A stretch of DNA of 64,000 bases from contig NKIB01002172.1 of assembly GCA_002256025.1 (NCBI GenBank), forward strand, positions 1-64,000, in the 5' to 3' direction. Origin of the DNA: Asterionella formosa (Eukaryota). Positions 12,851-22,600 of this stretch are shown here, in pieces (position 1 is the first letter of the stretch; every line of letters begins with the position of its first letter). Position numbers and translations under genes: made by a program. The notes beneath the pieces were generated by a model. That model did not search any database. It was not told the origin of the DNA and saw nothing but the letters and a program-made list of their open reading frames with translations.

Positions 12851-13685
12851 ACGCTTCAGTTGCCATTCCTTCCTTTCCCTGGAAATGCTCTTGTTCTGTG
12901 CGCCTTGTTGGGCCAATTCTTCTGTATCACATCCAATGAAACACGCAGTCCCTCGGCCAACCCTTTGCCTCATTGAGTTACAAAAAAATTTCAAAAGTCG
13001 TCGCGCATAACGCCAAGGGCAACTTGGTGGAGGTGAGAGTTTGCTGAAATTAGTGATCTTGGCAACTTTGTTACTGTCAGTGAGCAGACAGTGCCCACCA
13101 CTTGCTACTGACACATCTTAGAACTTATCCCAAAATTCACTTTCATGGACCCCACCATAGACTACCGTGTTACCATGTATGTGATAATTTCTTTATGTTG
13201 GTGGTTCAAGCAGGTCCATGGGGATTTTGGCTATCATTAGATGCTGGTGTCAGGTTTTACAGCTTCAGATCTACAGCCAGGTGGCGGGTCTTTACTCAAT
13301 TGATTGGTTGTCATGAATCAGACGGAGTGACAAGTTGTCATTCAGGATTTTGTCTTAATGAAATCTGGATGGAACCAATTTGGCTGTATGCTTACACAAT
13401 ACTGGTTAAAGTTAGTTGTTGGCTCGCCCCATTGAACAAAGGGATTTCAATCCTATAGATTTGATATTGTTTCAGGGCAAAGGAGTCAATTGCACCTGTC
13501 AGTAGTGACATGATGAAAAAGGAGATGCGGTAGATGAACTCCCCCCCCCACCGGGCGCTGGGGTGGGTGGGGGGGGGAACGATGAGTGGCCGCGGGCTCT
13601 TGCATGATGCGCTGACGCGCCTGCAGGTCAAGCAGGTGGGACACACCGGCGGCCAGCAGGCAGGCCGCAACCCAGGCGAAGCCGG

Positions 13686-13695
13686 NNNNNNNNNN
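13686..13695. other. Assembly gap (N run) bordered by homopolymers and a GC-rich segment
   Basis: 10 Ns; poly-C/G runs at ~13540-13577 and 13714-13733. Confidence 0.95.
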
Positions 13696-14064
13696 AAAAA
13701 AAATAGTGGGTTGCCCCCCCCCCCCCCCCCCCCAACCCATGGAAATGAGAGTTGGTGGATCTGCCTCGATTTCTTTGGTTTTTTCAAAAAGTACATATGT
13801 CTCTCTAACTGCTGCTCTGACAAACACAGAGTGATGGCTTCGTGGTCTGCAACATGTTGACACTAGTTATGTACACTACCAGGATATATTTCTTGGCTAT
13901 ATTGAGGAACCACCTACGTAGGACATGGCTTTCGTCAAAACTGGATCTAAACAAAAGCGGGATATAGTGTACTTGAACCAAAACAATTGTGTCCAAGGGC
14001 ATCTTTGTTCTCAACAGGCTCATTAAAACAAGACCCACAACATTACAACATTACTCCAGTCCTC

Positions 14065-14673
14065 CTACATGAATCGCCTCTTCTCAAGGAATCTTCGAAA
14101 GTACATGACTTGCATTAAGCTCACAGCTACTAGCGCAGCAGCCTCCAACAGGGTCCACTTCAAAAGGTCTGAAAACGTCTGTTCCACAACCCCTCGGTGA
14201 ATTTCCTCTCTCGCTCGCATTACCAAATGATGGTTCTGAAGGCCCCACAGCTTATCTTGCACAGTGATTGCCTGGCCGATCAGTGGATTCAACGGTTCAT
14301 CCACGATGATTCGTATGTCAAAAAAAACTTCTCTATCCAGTTCGTCCTTGCTGACACTGTCCATGGCGTTTTGAAGGCAAAACGTTAAACGTCCTTGCGC
14401 GTGGATCTGGAAAAATCCAGAGTGCTCTCCATATCCATTCTTGTAAAGACGGGTGAATTCGTGGTCCAACCATATCACTCGGAGGGGTTCCGCTGGTAGA
14501 TTCTCATCCAGCATGTCGTAGCTGCCCTCAATCGTTGAAATCTTCCCCGGGGGGGTTCGGATTACGAAGCATTGCTCTTCCATATGGCCGACTTGGACAA
14601 TGTATGCAGCTGCTATTGGTCGGAAGCTGAGGAGGAAGGCAGTAATTGCGAAAATGGGGAGCGAGGTCATCAT
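14065..14673 (-). CDS. p24/emp24/gp25L (TMED) GOLD-domain cargo receptor
   Basis: Signal peptide MMTSLPIFAITAFLLSF, EEQCF and FCLQN cysteines, MRAREEIHR coiled region, TM helix and QVMYFRRFLEKRRFM tail. Confidence 0.9.
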   Translation of the reverse strand: MMTSLPIFAITAFLLSFRPIAAAYIVQVGHMEEQCFVIRTPPGKISTIEGSYDMLDENLPAEPLRVIWLDHEFTRLYKNGYGEHSGFFQIHAQGRLTFCLQNAMDSVSKDELDREVFFDIRIIVDEPLNPLIGQAITVQDKLWGLQNHHLVMRAREEIHRGVVEQTFSDLLKWTLLEAAALVAVSLMQVMYFRRFLEKRRFM

Positions 14674-15375
14674 GGTTATCAATTTATCTTGTGCGGTCGT
14701 TGTCGTTCCTGAATCGGATTGGCCATTAATTGCATTTGACGGATGGATATTAATATATATACCGGTATATATGTAGCATAACGCACATCTCATCACATGG
14801 CTGTGGTGATAAAAACAAATCATATACCGATACCGGTAGTCTACTAGGCACCATAACTCAGGCCTATTCTTAGGTAGTACTAGGCACTACATGCGGGTAC
14901 CAGGGTATACCAAGTATTGCTTCGTACCACGGTGCTGGTACTCTATACTCCGTGCTCCGTATCATAGTTAAAGTTAGTATGGTATACCAGCTACCAGTAC
15001 CGGTACCTGGTAGTAAGCAAGTACCAGTATCATACTGGTAGCTATAACAGTCTGTCCTGCCTTGTTCATTTTTTAACGAAAAAGGCTGCTGACGATGGGT
15101 ATCATTTTGTAAATAAATACCGGTAGCTATTTAGCAATAATATATAGCTCTATTACCGGTATACGGTATATTGGACCGCATATTAATTAATTAATACACA
15201 GTATGATGATATGATATCATATACCATATGTAGGGGAGTAAAAGGGTCTCTACTTCTCTGTGATCTGAACATGATTAGATATATGTACCGGTAGTTCTGT
15301 TTGCTTCGTTTGAATTGCCAACAAGAACAACAACAAAAAACATCATGGACAAAGAGCGCAACAACTTATATAGCA

Positions 15376-18300
15376 ATGAAAGGACCAAAGGAATTTGTTG
15401 CCGAAAGTCTCGCGAATGCATTGGCAGACTTTTTCATTGTGGATCCATCAGCAATTGAAACCAAGCTCATTCGCAACGCAGGCATTACACTAAAAGACGT
15501 GAGATTGAAGGCAATAATCCTCCCCATTCACGAGCGATTGAGCGCCAAAATAAATGGAAGTGTGCAAGAAGTAAAGTTCTCGTGGTCGTGGGGACGAGAT
15601 GACGAGGGTGGGAGTGATTGGGTCAAGAATGTTACATTGGACATCATTGGCTTACATTTTGTGGCCAAACTCTCGTCCGAAATGGCACAGCCATCATCGA
15701 TCGATGCTAAAGGTGAAGAAGAAGCGTCCTCGAGCACTAAAAGTGGTATTGCCTTGTACATTGAGTGAGTCGAACTTGGATCATTGACATTGATGAAAAA
15801 GCTTTGTCTCGATCGGATGTGTTTCCTTAATCGGCGCTGGTTCATTTTATATAACACTTACCCTTTTTGAAATTCACAGAAATCAAGTGCAACGTATATT
15901 GGATTCACTAACATTGACTATCCAAGACTTTGAGTTTCGGATCGAACTTCCTGGTAACAATGAATCAGTAGCAGCTGCCTCTCTTGTTCTTGGAGGATCT
16001 GCTTTGGAATTGTTATCGTTTGGCTGGACAGACAACCAGCACTTGAAACAAACACTCTCGCTGGGATCCATTCACTTGAATATTATGAGTTCGGCCAAGG
16101 ACGAAGAAGCGATTGCCTCGTATCCACTCTTGGAAAAGGTGGCGTACAAAGCAACATGCACACGAACGGCTGGAAAGCGATTCTCAGGGGTAGATAAGGG
16201 ATTACACGTTATTGGTGAATCAAGTGATGATGGAATTGTGATACATGCAGGAGCAATTCAAATGGGATTTGTAAATGAGCTGGGTGGATTGATTCTTGCT
16301 ACTGCTGTAATGAAAGACGATGGAGAAGAAATAACTGCAAATGACAAACATGATTCTCCAGTTTCAGTATTGAACAGCACTTCTAGTAGTTCCACTTTCG
16401 AGCTCCCCATGTCCGCAGTATCAATCGTATTGCCAAATGGAGTCAAGGTTTCGCTCGCTGGACTGATGGTCAAGTATCGATTCGATGGTACGATTCTTCA
16501 AGTGGAGGGGCGTGAAGGAGTCTTGGTTGACAAGTTTCCAGTGCTGTCCCTGGGGGAAACGTCGCTATGGTGTGCCGACGTGGTGCATTCAACGTTTTCC
16601 CTTGCAGATCCAACCAGTGTAAATGACGAGGTTACCGATGTTGTTGCCTTTTTTCATGGAAGAACTAATGAAATCGATCATGTCATGCAAGGAATCGATC
16701 AAGTGATGGGAATATATTCGGCCAGCAAGGATTCTGGTGCTTTAGGAGTGATCACTGCATCGCTTGATCAGGAGAATAGTCCACCTGCTGAAGCCGAAGG
16801 GACATCATGGTCAGCGAGGATTGATGGTGCGGTTGCTCTACTGTGGGAAGGTTCCGAACAAGACAGCGCCGAAGCTGTTCTTAGGGGTATTGTTCTGACA
16901 TTGAAGACCACAGTGATGTTGACCATTCAGTGTATTGACAGTATATATGTCCCTGGCATTATTCGTTTGATTTCACCAATCAAGGAAAGCGTATTGAACT
17001 TCAATGGCTCGATCGCCCACTTAGCCCTGGGAGAGATTGAAGCCGAGCTATTGATCGATGAAGAAGGCCCAACAAAAGAAAAAAAAGAAAACCCCAAAAC
17101 TAACGACGAAGGAGCGAAGCCGTTCAGCCTACCTGTCGGCATAAGGCTATCATTCGAGTCAATGAGGTTGAAAAAACCGGATGACTCCTCGTTTGCAAAT
17201 CTCACTGGACTGGTATTGAGCTTGAGTCCAGATTCCCCGGACGAGGTGGATAATTCTGGCATAGCGCTTTCGGTACATTTCGATGATATCAATCATGATA
17301 TGATTCGTTTAGTTAATCCAAACCTTGCAGCTGTTATTCACACTGAAACTTTTGAAATAATCCATTCCTTCGCGCTGGGAGTGGATGTGATTACAGTTGC
17401 CGCAGGATATACTGTACTGGATTGGAGGAGACTGGTCGGTAGGGATAAGAAGAGCCCTAAGAAAAACCGTCAAAGTGCCAAGAGAAGTAATTCGCGAAGT
17501 CCGTCATTCAGGCTTCCCTTCGCTTTTGTCGAAAAAGTGAAGATCAAATTTGCCGTGAATGGTGTTGTTGGTATGAAGGAGTCTACTCAGAATATTCCAG
17601 CATATCACGGCGACGAAACCACAACCTCCGACGATTTAATTACCTACTACGCTACGAAAGTAGCTGTAAATACCCCTGGATTGATTTCAAACACAGAAGT
17701 TCTGGGTGTCGGAGTTACTGACGCTGCCGTTGGGCACTATGGATCAGTCTTTGGTGCCACTGTTATGTCTGGTTTAGGGAAAGCAGCTGGACCTGCTGGT
17801 GGTATCTTGAGTGTTGCTGCGTTCGACGGAATTCGCAACACAATGAAGGCTGGTAAAGAAAGCCGGGGTGCAGCCTATGACGATAGCTGGAAGGCCAGTG
17901 ACTTTGTCAGTGGGTTGGCATATTCTGCGAAACAGGCAACCAAAGGTGGTGCGGCAAAGCGAGGGAAGGCGGCTCATGACAATAGAAACATCGTTGACTG
18001 GACTGTTGGAGCAACATCTGATATTGTGGACTACACTGATGAAAACAAGTCAAGGCTAGGTGCTGCAGGTGCTGGTACTTTTGGATTTATTTTTGGGGCC
18101 GCCCTCGCCGGGCCAGTTGGGGGAATGGCAGGTGCTGTTATCGTTAGCGCTGTGACCGGTAAAACGATCACCACTCTCGAAAATTTTGGCAAGAAAAACT
18201 CAAAGCCCATCGAAGGCAAAGGGAGAGGCGCATCGAAGGAGCTTTCAGAAGGTGTCGAATATAGTATCGAGGAACATCGAAGAAACCGTGAAATTTCGGA

Positions 18301-19273
18301 AGAAGAAGGCTTTGAGATGGAGATTGATTCTCATCCACCTCCACTTCAAGGAGTGTTGGCCAAAAGGAGGAACTTTTTCAAATGGGACTGGAAGACCCAT
18401 TTCTTTTCGTTGGAAGAAGGCCAGCTGAAATATTACAATTTTTCAGAAAGATCATCAAGCGAAACTGATGGCTTCCTGCAAAGTAAAGGAGAAAAAGCCG
18501 GGGATTCTTATAATATGCATATCGATGATGTAGCAGGACCACGAAAGAGTTTGGTTCTCCAAGGCTTGACCATTGAAGCAGATGATACAGAGAGCACACC
18601 TGACGACAATTTATTTATTTTCACTTTAAATACACCGGGCAAGAAAGACTCTTTGTGGGTTCTAGGGGCCCCTAGCATGAGCAATCGAGCCAAGTGGATC
18701 GCCAGACTACGACAAGAAGCTAGCAGGGAGACACGAAATTTTTCTGGTGAATTTCTCGACAACCAAACAGGGGACCCCCAGAAAGAGATAGGAGGCCAGG
18801 ATGAGATTGGAAAAGATATGAAAGTCGATTTGGATCCACACCCACTTCGGTTGACAGGGATACTGGCCAAAAGGCGAGACTTCTTTGTTTGGGACTGGAG
18901 GATACATTTCTTCACGTTGGAGGACTTCGAGCTGAAGTACTATACCGTTTCTGACATATCGCCAAGCGGATCCACTTGTACACATCAAGATTCTTCAGGG
19001 TTTCGCGGTGCTATCTATGTCGACGACACTATTGGACCACGAAAGACTTTGAATCTTCATGGGTTATCTGTTGAAGCAGACGATGAAATGAGCAAACCAA
19101 TGGAAAACTTATTTGTATTCAACATTTATGCAATTGGACGAAAAGGTACAGTTTGGTGTCTAGGTGCCCCTTCCGAGTGCATTCGAGCGAAATGGATTGC
19201 TGAATTGAAAAAAGCATGCAATGAAACGTCGTTTGCAGAAGAAGACCAACCAAAGAAGGACGCTGACGATTAG
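15376..19273 (+). CDS. VPS13/ATG2-like (chorein-N) putative lipid-transfer protein with two C-terminal PH domains; exons 15376-15764 and 15880-19273
   Basis: GT-AG intron 15765-15879 joins the two ORFs in frame (~1260 aa); N-terminus LANALADFF..ITLKDVRLK..INGSVQEVKFSWSW resembles chorein-N; duplicated PH motifs GVLAKRR..W..HFF.LE...LKYY...RAKWI..L. Confidence 0.7.
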
Positions 19274-19318
19274 ATCATCCATACTGCGATCAAGGGGTTT
19301 AAAGCAGTTAATTCTACT

Positions 19319-19408
19319 GATGTTCTAACAATTCTTTTCTTTTGGCAAAATGTTTGTAGGAGAGATGTTCTAACAATTCTTTTCTTTTGGCAAAATGTTT
19401 ATAGGAGA
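19319..19408. repeat. Near-perfect 45-bp tandem duplication in the 3' intergenic region
   Basis: gatgttctaacaattcttttcttttggcaaaatgttt(g/a)taggaga twice. Confidence 0.9.
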
Positions 19409-19615
19409 CACACACGCACCCCCTTGGCTTTCGCCGTCAAGGATTATTGCTTGACGACATCGTGTCCGCTTATTGCACGGAATTGAAATAGGGAGCGATC
19501 TGCAGGTAATTGGCAAAGCACAGCGCAATATAGTAGGAACTCAAGAATATTTTCATCGGACGAGCTACAAAAAATTCAGCTTATCACTGTAAAGCAACTG
19601 GTAAAAGGATAACAA

Positions 19616-22600
19616 TTAATTCCAAGTGGCATGCAACTTTGCTTGCTCTTCTTGATAGCTCTCGGCCATATTGATGTTGCCAATAGTAATGGCAACCAAA
19701 TGGTTGTCATCGGCGAAACCGGCTTCTCGGTATGCCACAAGGGCCTGTCGCCAATGGGAAAGTGCATTCGAGTATTCACGATCCTTGGCATAAACTGTTC
19801 CAATATTATGCAAAGTTTGGGCAACTTCCAAGGAACCGTCACCAAGCTTTCCCTTACGTATGTCCAATGCCACAGTGTAGCATTCCATTGCCTTTTCGGT
19901 GTCTCCAAGATCATTGAATATAACACCCATGCCATATAAAGATGTGGCTACTTCAAGGTTGTCCTTTCCGAGGACTAGGGTTCGAATTCTCAAAGCCTCC
20001 TTCATGGACTGCAATGCCTTCTCGAGATTGGGTTGTTTTATGTATAGCCATGAAATCTTATCAAGCGACTCAGCCACACTGATGTCCTCGCTCCCCAAAA
20101 GCCGTCGACGTAATCGAAAAGCTTCCTTATGGTATTTCATTGACTCCTTGTACTCCCACTTCGCCTCATATACTCGACCAAGACCAAACAATGTCTTTGC
20201 AACACTGATGTGGTCGTTTCCGAGCAAGGCACGGTAGAGCACCAAAGCGGATGCAAACGACTTCAGAGCGTCATCTTGACGCTTCAGCTTGTGTTCAAGG
20301 TCGCCAATACTATATAAGAGATCACCAACGACTTCGTCATCGTCAGCAGCAGAACGCCTTGTCCTCAAGTAGGAATTGTAACAAGATAGACTTTCTTCAA
20401 ATTCACCCTTGACCTCATGTGCATGTCCAATATCACGACTGATTTCTAAGCATTCAATGTGAGTGTCACCAAGATGCAACTGTTTTATCAGGCGCGCTTG
20501 CTCAAAATACATTGTCGCTTCGTCTGGACTGTTCATCTTCAAACAGACTCGACCCAAGAGAAGCACAGTAGATGCAGCCTCAAGAGAATCTTCCCCAAGT
20601 AGGTTGACCTTGACTTCCACGCTTTCTCGGAAAAGTTCTTCGGCTTTGGTGAAGTCTCCTCTCGCAAAGTGAACTACACCTAGTTCATGATTTATTTCCG
20701 CAACTAGTAGCGATTGGTGCCCAGCCAAAGCAGACCTTATGTCCAGACATTGAGAATAAAATGCGACAGCCTTGTCAAGGCTTCCGGATGCCTTGTATGC
20801 CGCACCAAGTCTTTGGCAAGCACCTGCTGCCAGCATTCCTTGACCACTCCCGTTCAGTTTGAAAATGTCCAAACCCTCAATGACTGATTCAATCGCATTT
20901 TCGTAAAAACCATTCGCGAAGTAAACATCGCCCACAGAGAGAAGGACTTCTCCGATCTTTTCGTGTCCATCCTCCAATAGTTGCCTACGAATTCTCAGAG
21001 CTTCATTGAAACATTTTTCGGCGACCTCTACTTGCATTACTTGCATTTGAAGTTGTCCGGCCTCGCACAGAATATCAGCAATCACTATATCATTTCTGCC
21101 GCTGACCTTTTTTCTACCCCTTGTGGCAGCTTGAAAGGACAGCAACGCCTCATGCGTCAACTTCATTGTCTTTTGCAGTAAACCTACTTTGTAGTACATA
21201 TCGGCAACTTTTAAGTTCTCCTCGCCGAAAACCTGGATCTGCACTCGCAGAGCTTTGCAGAAATTGTTGAGCGCATTGCTCTCATCACCATTTCTATCGT
21301 ACATGTTTCCTAGAGCTTCGTACACTTCGGCAACCTTAGTACTTGCTGCCTTTCTTGATTTGAATATACTCAGTGCTCCTTTGAGGCAAGCAACGGCTTC
21401 ATCCTCTGTGCCGATTTCCGCGTAAAGTAAACCAAGTTGCTCGAGCGTTTCAGCAATCGAAGGGTGATTCTTTCGAAGATTCAAACGTTTGATGCGAAGG
21501 GAGCCATTGAAAAACTCTTGCGAGGCCTTAATGTTGTGCTTCTTCTTGTGAATCTTCGCGATGCAATGCAACGAGTATGCAACATCTAAATGGTCCATAC
21601 CAACAGTATCTACGCGAATGGAAAGAGCCTCCTGATAGTACTGCATCGCCGCTTCGGTGGAACCTTTCTCAGCCATAATGTTTCCGAGATTGTGAAGAGT
21701 TTGCGCAACTGAAACGTTCTCGTTGCCAAGGTTCTTGCGCTTGATTCTAAGCGATTCTTCATAATATGCCTTTGCATCGTCGAAATCACCTTTCTTTGCG
21801 GCGCAGTTTCCCATGTTATGTAAGGTTTCCGCAACATCGTTGTTCCATTCCCCGAGGGTTTCCTTTCTCAAGGCTAGCGATTGTTCAAAAGCGTCCTTAG
21901 CCTCCGAGAATTTGCGACGTTTGGCGAAAGCGATGCCTATCACGTTAAGTACTTGAGCTATCTTGATGCCGTCGCCGACATTCTGACGAATCTTGAGAGC
22001 CTTTTCCAAGTATTTCAAGCTCTTGTCAAACCTCGAAATCGTATCATACAAATGCCCCATCTTGAGTAGTACGGATGAGATTTCTTCCCGTATTGAATCA
22101 GGATCTGGCGAAATGCTGACCTGCTGGTTCAGTAGCTCCAGCACGTCTTCGTGAGAATATATCAATGCTTCGGTTTGGCTCTTGCTCAGTTTCATCGACT
22201 GGGCCACTGACAATCTCAGATTCAGAGCTCGTCGGAAAGCTTTCAAAGCGGTATTGTTATCTCCCATGGAGCGATAAACATTACCGATACATGTGATCAA
22301 TTCGAATACATCTTCGTGTTCCTCTCCAAGAACAGCTCGTCTGATTTTGAGGCTCTTTCGATAATATGATAATGATTTCTCGAAATCTTCCGCATCGTCG
22401 TAAATCACAGCGATATTGTGCAAAACTTCGGCGAATTCTAAAGAATCCGTACCAAAGAGCTCTTCCCTGGCGTCACGTGCCACTTCAAAATACTTCTTAG
22501 CCTTCTCTGAAAACCCCTGCTCTCGGTATACTCTTCCGATCCAGCACAATGTGTCAGCCATGGCGGCGTCGTAATCGTTCAACATACCATTATTTTGCCG

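Noticed and set aside
13392..13863. ORFs spanning the N gap
   Set aside because: Built from homopolymers, Ns and a probably foreign fragment
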